A stretch of 64,000 nucleotides of DNA. Source: Phycisphaeraceae bacterium (GTDB lineage: Bacteria; Planctomycetota; Phycisphaerae; Phycisphaerales; Phycisphaeraceae). Below the pieces are notes generated by a model. It was not told the origin of the DNA. It made no database searches and saw only the letters and a program-made list of their open reading frames with translations. The translations under genes were made by a program, and so were the position numbers. The stretch covers positions 2,848,001 through 2,912,000 of the forward strand of contig OY771506.1 of the NCBI GenBank assembly GCA_963674705.1, in the 5' to 3' direction. Positions 49,953 to 59,527 of this stretch are shown here, in pieces (the stretch's first letter is position 1; each line of letters starts with the position of its first letter).

Positions 49953-50357
49953 ATGTTCGGATCACTAGACACCTCGGCATCAGCGCTCGTCGCACAACGC
50001 ACACGATTGGAGACCATCTCCGCGAACATCGCGAACGCGAACTCGATCGAAGGGCCCAACGGCGAATACGCCCCCTTCAAGCGACGCATCGCCGTGTTCG
50101 CGCAAGGAGATCCCAGCACCGGCAGCAACCAGGGCGTGCACGTCAAAGAAATCCTGCAACTGCCCAAGTTCACGCAGAAGTTCGAGCCCGACAACCCCTA
50201 TGCCGATCCGGAAACCGGCATGGTGAATTACCCCGACATCAGCCCCGAAGTGGAAGTCATCAACGCGATGGCGGCCTTCAGGGCCTATGAAGCAAATGTC
50301 ACCGCCGCGGAGGCGACAAAGTCAATGATACAGGCAAGCCTGCGTTTGCTCGCCTGA
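49953..50357 (+). CDS. flgC: Flagellar basal-body rod protein FlgC
   Basis: SASALVAQRTRLETISANIANA, FEPDNPYAD...GMVNYP and RAYEANV motifs. Confidence 0.93.
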   Translation: MFGSLDTSASALVAQRTRLETISANIANANSIEGPNGEYAPFKRRIAVFAQGDPSTGSNQGVHVKEILQLPKFTQKFEPDNPYADPETGMVNYPDISPEVEVINAMAAFRAYEANVTAAEATKSMIQASLRLLA

Positions 50358-50383
50358 TATATTGATCGATACGGACGAATACG

Positions 50384-50707
50384 ATGGCCGACCCATTAGG
50401 TTTAATCCCGAGTTCAAATGGCATCTCGTCGATCGGCAACGCCGCGAGCGGCACGCAGCGCGCAGGCGCCAAAGACCAGGCCAACGGCGCGAGCTTCAAA
50501 GATGCGCTCATGAAGCAGATTGATCAGGTCAATCGCTTGCAGCAGGATGCTGAAACAGCGATTGAAGATGTCGTCTCCGGTAAGCGGGACGACCTTGACA
50601 ATGTTATGATCGCTAAACAGAAAGCGGATATCGCTTTCCAGATGCTTTTGCAGGTGCGCAACCAGATGATGGACGCCTACGAGGAGATCAAACAGATTCG
50701 TGTATAA
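50384..50707 (+). CDS. fliE: Flagellar hook-basal body protein FliE
   Basis: SFKDAL...VNRLQ...VMIAKQKA...QVRNQMMDAYEEI. Confidence 0.92.
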   Translation: MADPLGLIPSSNGISSIGNAASGTQRAGAKDQANGASFKDALMKQIDQVNRLQQDAETAIEDVVSGKRDDLDNVMIAKQKADIAFQMLLQVRNQMMDAYEEIKQIRV

Positions 50708-50772
50708 CACCACAAGCCGCGCACTGCCGACCGGAGGTCGGTTGTCGCGGATCAAATAAGCGCGGAGCGCTT

Positions 50773-50800
50773 CATAGCCAATAGCTCATAGCTAAAAGCT
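50773..50800. repeat. Heptamer tandem repeat
   Basis: catagcc aatagct catagct aaaagct. Confidence 0.65.
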
Positions 50801-50818
50801 TCTTCGGCATGGAGGCCG

Positions 50819-52438
50819 ATGATGGAGTTTGCGAAAAAATCCTGGGCCGAAATTGTGGCCTACTTCAACGGTGTGTCAGCACTCACCAAGGCGTTGCTCG
50901 CCGCGTGTCTGCTGATCCTGATCCTCTTCGTCCTGCTGACGATGGTCTACGTCAGCGCCGAGGAAACCGCGCCGGTCGGCTTAGCCGGTGCAGACCCCGG
51001 CGAAGCCATCGCACGTCTTAACGCCGTCGGCATCGACGCCAAAGTCGTCGACGGCATGATCCAGGTCCCCACCGGCAGCCAGTACCACGCGTTCCTGATC
51101 CTCACGCAAAACGACCTGCTCGGTGAAAGCCCCGCCGCCGCAATGGATCGCATGCTCAGCAACGCCTCGCCCTGGGAAACCGACAAGAGCCGGACCGATC
51201 GCATGAATACCGCCCGCGCCCAGGTGCTCGGGATCATCCTTTCCAAGATCAACCGCATCAAAACCGCAGACGTCATGTTCGACCCCGGGCAGGACGGTAT
51301 CGGTTCACGGCATGTCCCCGCCAGCGCCAGTGTGACCATCCTGACGACCTCCGGCCAGGTGGATTCGGAAATGGCCGACGCTGTCGCCAGCGTTGTTACC
51401 GGCGCAATCGCTCGTATTGATATCGAGAACGTCAAGGTCATCGATGCCCGTACAGGCAGGCGCATCGCGGTTTCTGATCCGAACAACACGCTGCCTTCCG
51501 ATGCACTGGAAGTCAAACGCGATATCGAAGAACGTAAACGTCACGAAATCGAAAACATTCTTGACTACATCCCCGGCGTCCGCGTGGGTGTGAATGTCCT
51601 GATGGACTCCGTCGCTTCACAACGCGAGCACCGCCGCGAGTATGAGAAAGAGCAGCTTCTGGAAAGCGAAAGTCGTGAAGAAACAAGCAGCCGCGACATG
51701 GCAGACGCCGGCGAACCCGGTCCCCGCTCAAACGCCGGCCTGTCAATCAATGGTGCCGGCGCCGCCGGCCGTGAGCAGACCTCCAACAAGACCGAAAGCC
51801 GATTTTACGAAAGCAAGCCCATCCTCCTCGAAAAGGACACGGTCCATACCGGGCACCAGGTCAAGCAGATCAACGTTGCGGTCAACATCCCGCGCAGCTA
51901 CTTCGTCAGCCTGTTCAAGCAACAGAATCCCGAGGCCGAAAACGAACCCACCGCGGCGGACCTCACACCGCTTGTTCAAACCGAGTTGCCTTCCATTGAG
52001 AAGAAGGTGCAGGTCCTGACCCTGGCCGATGTGCAGGGCCAGGTCACCGCCGACATGGTTCCCGATCCGCCGGTCCTCGCGATGGCTTCTGACACCTCAA
52101 CCATCGTTCAGATGTTTGACGGCGGTTGGGCAAGCAAGGGCGCATTGACGGCGCTGGGGCTGATCAGCCTCGCACTGATGCTCAAGGTCTACCGCAACGC
52201 CACTCGGCCCGAAACCTTGCCCAGCATCGAGGAACTGGCCGGCGTCCCCCCGAGCCTGCCCTCTGATGAAGAATTGATCGGCGAGGCCGAGGAATCCGAA
52301 GCCACCATGCCGGGTGTCGAACTCAATGAAGAAGACCTGCAGGCTCGACGTATCGCCGAGCAGATCGGCGACCTGGTCCGCGCCGATCCGGCCGAAGCCA
52401 GCAGGCTCTTGGGTAAGTGGGTCTCCGCTAACGACTGA
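50819..52438 (+). CDS. fliF: Flagellar MS-ring protein FliF (divergent)
   Basis: Two TMs; PASASV and VKVID motifs; C-terminal DPAEASRLLGKWV; lies between fliE and fliG. Confidence 0.85.
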   Translation: MMEFAKKSWAEIVAYFNGVSALTKALLAACLLILILFVLLTMVYVSAEETAPVGLAGADPGEAIARLNAVGIDAKVVDGMIQVPTGSQYHAFLILTQNDLLGESPAAAMDRMLSNASPWETDKSRTDRMNTARAQVLGIILSKINRIKTADVMFDPGQDGIGSRHVPASASVTILTTSGQVDSEMADAVASVVTGAIARIDIENVKVIDARTGRRIAVSDPNNTLPSDALEVKRDIEERKRHEIENILDYIPGVRVGVNVLMDSVASQREHRREYEKEQLLESESREETSSRDMADAGEPGPRSNAGLSINGAGAAGREQTSNKTESRFYESKPILLEKDTVHTGHQVKQINVAVNIPRSYFVSLFKQQNPEAENEPTAADLTPLVQTELPSIEKKVQVLTLADVQGQVTADMVPDPPVLAMASDTSTIVQMFDGGWASKGALTALGLISLALMLKVYRNATRPETLPSIEELAGVPPSLPSDEELIGEAEESEATMPGVELNEEDLQARRIAEQIGDLVRADPAEASRLLGKWVSAND

Positions 52439-52456
52439 TCACGGAACTATTGAATC

Positions 52457-53494
52457 ATGCCACTAGCGCAAGATGCAGCTACAGACAAGACGGAGGAACT
52501 GTCCGGCGTACAGAAGGCAGCCGTTCTCCTGCTTGCGCTTGATCAGGAAGCCGCTTCGATGGTGTTAAGCCGGCTTAACCCCAAAGCCGTTGAAGAAATC
52601 ACGCGCGAACTGGCCAGCACCTCCCGTGTGCCGGAGGGCATTCGTGATTCGGTGCTCAATGAGTTCTACGAACTGGCCGTTGCACAAAACTGGGCACGTG
52701 AAGGCGGACTCGATTACGCACGCGCCTTGCTCATGAAGAGCCTGGACCCCAAAGACGCCGAGCGCATCATCAGCCAGATCAGCCAGCAGGTCCGCCGCAC
52801 GCCGTTTGCCTTCCTACAGAAAGCCGAATCCACCAACCTGTTGACCTTTATCCAGGATGAACACCCCCAAACGATCGCGCTGATCGTCAGCCACCTCGCA
52901 CATCACAAGGCTTCGGAAATCCTCGCCGGTCTGCCCGGGCCCAAGCAGATCGAGGTCGTCAAACGTGTCGCCAATATGGAGCAGACCAACCCCGAAGTTA
53001 TCGCCGAGGTCGAGCAGGGCCTGGAGGCCCGTTTGGCGAACATGCTCAGCCAGAGTTTCGAGAAGATCGGCGGTGTCGAAACCGTTGCCGAGATGCTCAA
53101 CCTCGTGGATCGCACAACAGAGAAGGGCATCATGGAAGGCCTCGAGGCCGAGGACCCCGACCTGGTCGAAGAAATTCGCCGCCTGATGTTCGTCTTCGAA
53201 GACATCAACCTCGTGGACGACAAGGGTATCCAGGCTGTGCTCAAGGAGGTCGAGAACGACGAACTGGCTATGGCGCTCAAGGCCGCCAGCGACGAACTGA
53301 AAGAAAAGATCTTCAAGAATATGTCCGAACGTGCCGCGACCATGATCGCCGAAGACATGGAATACATGGGCCCGGTCCGCATGAGCGACGTCGAATCGGC
53401 GCAGCAACGCATCGTCGATATCGTGCGCCGTCTGGAGGATGCCGGCGAAATCATCATCACCGGCCGCGGCGGCGCAGGAGAAATGGTCGTTTAA
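52457..53494 (+). CDS. fliG: Flagellar motor switch protein FliG
   Basis: QKAAVLLL, EHPQTIALI, MFVFED and KNMSERAA motifs. Confidence 0.97.
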   Translation: MPLAQDAATDKTEELSGVQKAAVLLLALDQEAASMVLSRLNPKAVEEITRELASTSRVPEGIRDSVLNEFYELAVAQNWAREGGLDYARALLMKSLDPKDAERIISQISQQVRRTPFAFLQKAESTNLLTFIQDEHPQTIALIVSHLAHHKASEILAGLPGPKQIEVVKRVANMEQTNPEVIAEVEQGLEARLANMLSQSFEKIGGVETVAEMLNLVDRTTEKGIMEGLEAEDPDLVEEIRRLMFVFEDINLVDDKGIQAVLKEVENDELAMALKAASDELKEKIFKNMSERAATMIAEDMEYMGPVRMSDVESAQQRIVDIVRRLEDAGEIIITGRGGAGEMVV

Positions 53495-53503
53495 CTATTG
53501 CAT

Positions 53504-53534
53504 GCTAACGGCTAAAGGCTAACAGCTAAGGGCT
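53504..53534. repeat. Heptamer tandem repeat (reverse orientation)
   Basis: gctaacg gctaaag gctaaca gctaagg gct. Confidence 0.7.
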
Positions 53535-53540
53535 CATTCA

Positions 53541-54344
53541 ATGTCCGTCATCAAAGCAGATAAGAACATCGGCTTCACCAAGGACGCCATCGTCCTGGAC
53601 CTGGGCGATCTGGGCAGGCAAGCCGCACGCATCCGCATGGCCGCGGAAGACCAGGCCGGCAAAATCATCACCGCGGCCGAACGCAAGGCCAAGGAAATCA
53701 TTGCCGCCGCCGAGAAAACCGGTTTCGAGGAAGGCCAGGTCGCCGGCTTCGATCAGGGGCTTAAGGATGGTCGCGAACAAGGTCGCCAGGAAGCGCTCGC
53801 AGAATACCGTGAACAACTCGACCAGCTCCAGGCCGCATGGTCCGACGTCGCCACGCAATGGGACGCCCAGACCAAGAGCATGACCATCGAAGCTCGCCAG
53901 GTTATCCTTGAGTTCGCATTGAATATGGCAGAACGGCTGGTGCACCGCGTGATCGAAGTCGATCCGTCGGTTGTTGTCGACCAGGTGGCCGGCGCGTTGG
54001 CGTTGGTGCTCAAGCCGATGGATGTATCGGTCAGTGTGCATCCTTCTGAATTGCCCGTGATCTCCGAAGCGTTGCCCCAGCTCATGGCCGAATTCGACCA
54101 CCTCGAACACATCCATCTCACCGAAGACGCACAGATCAGCCCCGGCGGATGCGTCGTGTCCTACGGCCAAGGCCAGATCGACGCCACCATTGAGAAACAG
54201 ATCCAGCGCGTCGTCGACCTGATCCTCCCACCGGATGAAAGACAATCTCAGCAACCGGTGGATACGTTTGACCAGCTCCCACCACAGCAGGCGCCGGACG
54301 AACAGGATTCATCGTCAGACGCCGAACCATTCGACGCCGGCTAG
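53541..54344 (+). CDS. fliH: Flagellar assembly protein FliH
   Basis: GxxxG repeats (GFEEG..GFDQG..GREQG); VHP and GGC...G.IDA motifs. Confidence 0.9.
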   Translation: MSVIKADKNIGFTKDAIVLDLGDLGRQAARIRMAAEDQAGKIITAAERKAKEIIAAAEKTGFEEGQVAGFDQGLKDGREQGRQEALAEYREQLDQLQAAWSDVATQWDAQTKSMTIEARQVILEFALNMAERLVHRVIEVDPSVVVDQVAGALALVLKPMDVSVSVHPSELPVISEALPQLMAEFDHLEHIHLTEDAQISPGGCVVSYGQGQIDATIEKQIQRVVDLILPPDERQSQQPVDTFDQLPPQQAPDEQDSSSDAEPFDAG

Positions 54345-54395
54345 CCCGTCCGTGGCGTTTTTTTGTGGCACGTCTTTCGCAGGGTGAGGTATCGA

Positions 54396-55778
54396 ATGAG
54401 TGTTTTGACCGAACAGTTGCGGATTCTCGACTACGCGGCCCCGCTGGAATTGCGCGGTACCGTCTCAGAAGTGCGCGGTCTTGCGCTACGCGTCAACGAT
54501 CTGCCCGCACCGATCGGAGCCATGGTGAGTATTTGCGAAAAAAATTCGCGTCACCACAAACTTGAAGGCGAAGTCGTCGGCTTCGACCGCGAGCAGGCGA
54601 TCGTCATGCCGCTCGGCGCTACAACAGGCGTCCGGCGGGGTGACCGTGTCATCGCCGATCACTTCGCACCCGTCGTGCGCGTCGGCGATACCTTGTTAGG
54701 CCGCATCCTCGATGGCATGGGCAGGCCGATCGACGGCAGAGGCCCGCTGACCGATTCCGTCATCCGCCCGCTGACTCCAAAACCTGTCGACCCGCTCGAT
54801 CGACCGCTTATCAACGAACCACTTGCGACCGGTGTTCGCGCGATCGATTCATTGATCTCGGTCGGCCGCGGCCAACGCATCGGCGTCTTCGCAGCACCGG
54901 GTGTGGGTAAGTCAACCTTATTAGGCACGATGGCACGACACACCGCCGCCGATGTCAGCGTGATCGCACTGGTCGGCGAACGTGGCCGTGAAGTCCGTGA
55001 CTTCATCGATAACATCCTCGGCCCGGAAGGCCTCGCTCGCAGCGTCGTCGTCTGCGCCACAAGCGATCAGCCGGCTCTGCAGCGCATCCGTGCCGCTATC
55101 GTTGCCGCCGCCATCGCCGAGTACTTCCGCGATCAAAGCCTCGATGTCATGCTCATCATGGACTCGATCACGCGCTTCTGTCAGGCGCAGCGACAGGTCG
55201 GCCTCGCCGCAGGCGAACCCCCGGCTACCAAGGGCTATCCGCCCAGCGTCTTCGCCATGCTCCCGACACTGCTCGAACGCTCCGGCCGAACCAGCAAGGG
55301 ATCGATCACCGGTATCTATTCCGTGCTCGTTGAAGGTGACGATATCAACGAACCGATCTCCGACGCCTGCCGCGGTATCCTCGACGGCCACATCCAGCTC
55401 TCGCGCGACCTCGCTCAGCAGGGCCACTACCCCGCGATCGATGTGCTTGCATCCGTCAGCCGAGTCGTCGATGACGTAACCAGCGCCGATCAACAAAGCG
55501 CACGCCGTGCCGTTCTCAAGCTCGTACACAGTTACCGTCAGGTGGAAGATTTGTTGAACATCGGCGCGTATGCCCCCGGGTCGAATCCGGACTACGACCT
55601 GGCCATAGCATGCAAGCCCGCGCTCGACCGCCTGCTGCAACAGGGCCGAGGCGAAGTGCGCGGCGCAGCCGACTTCAACATCGCGAAGAGTCAATTGCTC
55701 GCCATGATGCAGCAGATCCAGCAGGCACAACAGGAAGTCAGTAAGAGGACGCGTCAGCCCATGCAGGCGGCGCGATAA
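54396..55778 (+). CDS. fliI: Flagellum-specific export ATPase FliI
   Basis: GVGKSTLLG, LVGERGREV, MDSITRF, GEPPATKGYPPS and ILDGHI motifs. Confidence 0.96.
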   Translation: MSVLTEQLRILDYAAPLELRGTVSEVRGLALRVNDLPAPIGAMVSICEKNSRHHKLEGEVVGFDREQAIVMPLGATTGVRRGDRVIADHFAPVVRVGDTLLGRILDGMGRPIDGRGPLTDSVIRPLTPKPVDPLDRPLINEPLATGVRAIDSLISVGRGQRIGVFAAPGVGKSTLLGTMARHTAADVSVIALVGERGREVRDFIDNILGPEGLARSVVVCATSDQPALQRIRAAIVAAAIAEYFRDQSLDVMLIMDSITRFCQAQRQVGLAAGEPPATKGYPPSVFAMLPTLLERSGRTSKGSITGIYSVLVEGDDINEPISDACRGILDGHIQLSRDLAQQGHYPAIDVLASVSRVVDDVTSADQQSARRAVLKLVHSYRQVEDLLNIGAYAPGSNPDYDLAIACKPALDRLLQQGRGEVRGAADFNIAKSQLLAMMQQIQQAQQEVSKRTRQPMQAAR

Positions 55779-55821
55779 ACCATTCCCGGCCCGGCGGAGC
55801 CAGGCCCAGTGAGAATCCGAG

Positions 55822-56283
55822 ATGGCAAAGTTCCAATTCCGATTCCAAACGTTGCTAGCGCATCACCGCAGGGTGGAAGACCAGCGGCAGCGCGACCTCG
55901 CGCAGCACCTGCGCACACGCATGATCCTGCACGATCAGATACGTGACATGCAGGACACCATCCGTGACTCCAAACGTTCCATGGCAGACGGGCTCATCGG
56001 CTCCGTCGACCTCACACGTGTCGGACAGTTTGCTCGATACTCCGGCCACGCCGCGCACCGCGCACGCCAGATCGTCGTCAAGCTCGCCGCACTTGAAAAA
56101 GAAATCGAGGCCGCACGCCAGCTCCTGCTCGAAGCCACCAAGCAGCGCAAAGCCCTCGAGCTGCTGCGTGACAAGCACGAGGCGCAGTGGCGCTACGAGC
56201 AGAACCGCCGCGAGACCAACGAACTAGACGAGCTGGCCACCACTCGCTACGCACGTAGCATGATGATCGGGGGCGCTCAATGA
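55822..56283 (+). CDS. fliJ: Flagellar export protein FliJ
   Basis: MAKFQFRFQTLL start; coiled coil; LELLRDK...E..ELDE; follows fliI. Confidence 0.88.
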   Translation: MAKFQFRFQTLLAHHRRVEDQRQRDLAQHLRTRMILHDQIRDMQDTIRDSKRSMADGLIGSVDLTRVGQFARYSGHAAHRARQIVVKLAALEKEIEAARQLLLEATKQRKALELLRDKHEAQWRYEQNRRETNELDELATTRYARSMMIGGAQ

Positions 56284-57002
56284 AGTTGATCTGGAACGTC
56301 ATCATCGGTTTCATCCTCATCAACCTGCTCGCCGTAGTGGTGTTTGTTGCATGGATGTATTCCGACGGCCGGATCAACAAAGAACGTATTGACAAAGTCG
56401 TTGACACCTTCCGTATGACCATCGCTGAAGAAGAAGCACAGAACGCCGAAGCCGAAGTGCTCGCCGAGCAAGCTCAAAAACAACTCGAACAGCAGGCCCG
56501 ACTCGAATCCACCGCCAACGGCCCGGTCACGCTACGCCAGCGCCTCGACCGCGAACAACAGACCGACGAAATGGCCCTGGCGAAGCTGCAACTGTTCAAC
56601 GATCAGAACAAGGCCCTACGCGACGAGATGGCTCGTTTCCAGGCGGACTACAACAAACGTTCCGCAGCACTCGAAGCCGAACGCGCCGCTTTCGAGAAGT
56701 GGGTTAAGGACTACGCCGATCAGACCAAGGATGAAAACTTCCTCCAGGTCGTCTCGCTCTACGAGAAGCAGCCCCCGAAGCTGACCAAGCAAGCCTTCCA
56801 GACGCTGATGCAGAGCGGCCAGGAAGATCAGGTCGTCGAATATCTCGCCGCTATGTCTTCCCGAAAAGCAAGCACCGTGCTTAGCGAGTTCAAGACGCCT
56901 GCCGAAGTTATGCAGGCCGCATCACTTCTTGAAAAACTCCGCACACGCGGCGAATACACGATGGACCAACAAAACACAACGACTGAGGACCAATCGTCAT
57001 GA
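56280..57002 (+). CDS. MotE/YlxF-like flagellar protein
   Basis: N-terminal TM, coiled coil, C-terminal LYE..PPK...LAAMSSRKASTVL (MgtE_N-like); lies between fliJ and fliK. Confidence 0.65.
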   Translation: MKLIWNVIIGFILINLLAVVVFVAWMYSDGRINKERIDKVVDTFRMTIAEEEAQNAEAEVLAEQAQKQLEQQARLESTANGPVTLRQRLDREQQTDEMALAKLQLFNDQNKALRDEMARFQADYNKRSAALEAERAAFEKWVKDYADQTKDENFLQVVSLYEKQPPKLTKQAFQTLMQSGQEDQVVEYLAAMSSRKASTVLSEFKTPAEVMQAASLLEKLRTRGEYTMDQQNTTTEDQSS

Positions 57003-58417
57003 GCATGATGCCCGTACTCAACCAGAGCGTCACCGAGATGCTTCCGTCGCGCAGGCCGGAGCAGGCTGTGACGTCGAGTTCCGAGGGCTTCGATCGTGAA
57101 CTGAAAGACGCAAGCACACGCCTCGATCGGCCCAAGCCCGTCGAGGAGCCGCAGCGCACCACCAACGAAACACAAAAGCCTGAGCAAAAGAAAGACAAGC
57201 AAGTCGAGGCCACCGACAAGCCTGATAAGACTAAGTCCGACGAGCCGGTCAAGAATAAGGACACGCAAGCCAAGACAGATGAAACGTCCGAACCTACCGA
57301 GTCCACGGACGCCACACAGGACACGCAGGCCTCGACCGACACCGAGCAGCAAACCACTGATACGCAAACAACCACCGACACCGTCACGACCGACACCACC
57401 GTGGTTGCCGTAGCCGATGCGCAGCTCGTTGAACAGTTCGCCGCAACTTTAACGGCCGACACCACGACGCAGCAGCCGCAAGCCACCGAGCAGGTGCAAA
57501 CCGCCACAACGCAACAGCAAACACAAGCGACCGAACAAGCCGCGAATCAGGTCGTCACCGAAGCCGTCTCCGCACAATCTACTTCCGAGCAGGAGGCCAA
57601 GCAGGTCGTCACCGTTGCCCAGCCACAACAGCAGCAGGCCAAGGCCGAGAATACTCAGCAGAACCAGGCCGCCACGCAGGCGCAAACATCCGTCAGCGCC
57701 GAACGCATCGCGTTTGTCAGCCAGGCACGCCAGGAAAACGCCCGGCAATCGTCTACCGACGATGCCGATCAACAACTGCAAACCGCGCTCAAGGGTGACA
57801 ATAAATCGCAAACTGCGGCCACATCGACGCAAACTTTCTCAACCACGACCACCACGGCGTCCACCATCGAAGCCGTGACCTCTGCCACGCGCGCCATCAC
57901 CGGTGCGGAAACCACTTCCGCGCAGGCCAACGCCGCCAATGCGCAAGCCGGCCCGACCGCTAACCTGCAAGCCTCCGACAATACGGAAATCAACACCGCA
58001 CGTATCACACGCGGCATTCAAAATGCCGTCCAGCAGAAGGGCGGTTCCGTCACGCTACGACTCACCCCACCAGAAATGGGAACCGTTCGCATCCAGTTAC
58101 AGATTCAAAACGGCACCGTCAACGCACAGTTCCACGCCGAAACCGAATCCACACGCAACATGCTTCATCAACAGATGTCGCAACTGCGAAGCGCCCTTGA
58201 AAACCAGGGCCTCGGTGTCGAACGCCTGGGCGTCCATTCCATGCAGTCCTCGTCCAACACCTCGATGCAGCACAACTTCTCTTCTGACCAGGACACGCAA
58301 ACAGACGACGGCCGAAGCCGCGGCGGCTTCACCCACCAGGGCGGACGACAGGATCAACCGTCCGACACAAACGAACAGCAACAAGCCTTTGAACAGGAAT
58401 TATCCAGCGCGGCATAA
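56999..58417 (+). CDS. fliK: Flagellar hook-length control protein FliK
   Basis: Long T/Q-rich disordered region followed by LRLTPPEMGTVRI...LRSALENQGL. Confidence 0.9.
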   Translation: MSMMPVLNQSVTEMLPSRRPEQAVTSSSEGFDRELKDASTRLDRPKPVEEPQRTTNETQKPEQKKDKQVEATDKPDKTKSDEPVKNKDTQAKTDETSEPTESTDATQDTQASTDTEQQTTDTQTTTDTVTTDTTVVAVADAQLVEQFAATLTADTTTQQPQATEQVQTATTQQQTQATEQAANQVVTEAVSAQSTSEQEAKQVVTVAQPQQQQAKAENTQQNQAATQAQTSVSAERIAFVSQARQENARQSSTDDADQQLQTALKGDNKSQTAATSTQTFSTTTTTASTIEAVTSATRAITGAETTSAQANAANAQAGPTANLQASDNTEINTARITRGIQNAVQQKGGSVTLRLTPPEMGTVRIQLQIQNGTVNAQFHAETESTRNMLHQQMSQLRSALENQGLGVERLGVHSMQSSSNTSMQHNFSSDQDTQTDDGRSRGGFTHQGGRQDQPSDTNEQQQAFEQELSSAA

Positions 58418-58461
58418 GTACCCGGCGTATGACGCCAACCGCTTAAGGATGGAGTAATAAG

Positions 58462-59148
58462 ATGTCCAGCGTTAGTTCGACAACCAGCAGCACGACCGCG
58501 GCGGCATCCGAAGTCAGCAACAATGCCTTTGCCGAAATGTCCAGCACAGAGTTCATCGGTATCCTCGTCACCGAACTGACCACGCAGGACCCGTTCGAGC
58601 CGAACGATTCCGCCGCCATCCTCGAGCAGCTCTCCAGCCTCCGCAACATCGAAAGCCAGGCCAACCTCGCCGAGCAACTCGAGACCATGGTCAGCCAGAA
58701 CACGGTCACCTCCGCAACCGGCATGATCGGCCAGTACATCACCGGTACCGACGAGAACAGCTCGGAAGTCGAAGGCGTCGTGCAATCCGTTTTGATTGAA
58801 AACGGCGAACCCATCCTCAAGCTCGCCGACGGCAGCCGCGTCCCCGCGGACAACATCACCGATGTCCAGAGCCTCGGTGATTACGACACGCAGATCGTCC
58901 AGCAACTGCTGCGCAACCTGATCATCCTCAACTCCAGCGCACTCGTCGGCAAGATGGTCAGCGGTTTTGATGAGAACAATAAATACATCCAGGGCCTGGT
59001 CACCAGCGTTGTCACCGAAGACGATGACCTCATCCTCGAACTGGATAACGGTAAGTCCCTCTCCGCCGGCTCGGTGACTCGCTTCGCTGACAGCGATGCA
59101 GAGTTCGAGAACCCGGATACCACCGACGATTCGGATGATTCCGAATAA
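58462..59148 (+). CDS. flgD: Flagellar hook capping protein FlgD
   Basis: FIGILVTELTTQDPFEP...QLSSL motif. Confidence 0.9.
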   Translation: MSSVSSTTSSTTAAASEVSNNAFAEMSSTEFIGILVTELTTQDPFEPNDSAAILEQLSSLRNIESQANLAEQLETMVSQNTVTSATGMIGQYITGTDENSSEVEGVVQSVLIENGEPILKLADGSRVPADNITDVQSLGDYDTQIVQQLLRNLIILNSSALVGKMVSGFDENNKYIQGLVTSVVTEDDDLILELDNGKSLSAGSVTRFADSDAEFENPDTTDDSDDSE

Positions 59149-59172
59149 CCTTGAACCAGGAGCGCAACACAC

Positions 59173-59469
59173 GTGTCCAACAGCGGCGACTTATTAAGGA
59201 TGCTCATGCCGGCCGTCACGCCGGTCCCGACATCCAACGCGCCACGACCGGATACATCACAACCGATCGAATCACGCAGCTTCGATTCGCTGCTCGCTGA
59301 AGCCCAGCAATCCGAATCCACCGAAGCCACTGATGCGATCGAACAGACACAGCAAAATGAAAGTACAAAAGAAGCACAACCAGCCAACCTTTTACCCGGC
59401 CTGACCGGCATCAGTTCGATTCATAACGCGTCGCTGCGACAGATCATCGCCGGCGATTCGCAAACATAA
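59173..59469 (+). CDS. Small hypothetical protein in the flagellar operon
   Basis: GTG start after RBS aggag; fills the flgD-flgE gap; SFDSLL motif. Confidence 0.6.
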   Translation: MSNSGDLLRMLMPAVTPVPTSNAPRPDTSQPIESRSFDSLLAEAQQSESTEATDAIEQTQQNESTKEAQPANLLPGLTGISSIHNASLRQIIAGDSQT

Positions 59470-59527
59470 GTTTTTGTTACATCAGTACCACGCCCGGTGA
59501 CCGGGCGCAACCTGCAGGAGCACAACC

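Noticed and set aside
57100..57960. Repetitive T/Q-rich coding sequence
   Set aside because: Expected low-complexity ruler region of FliK.
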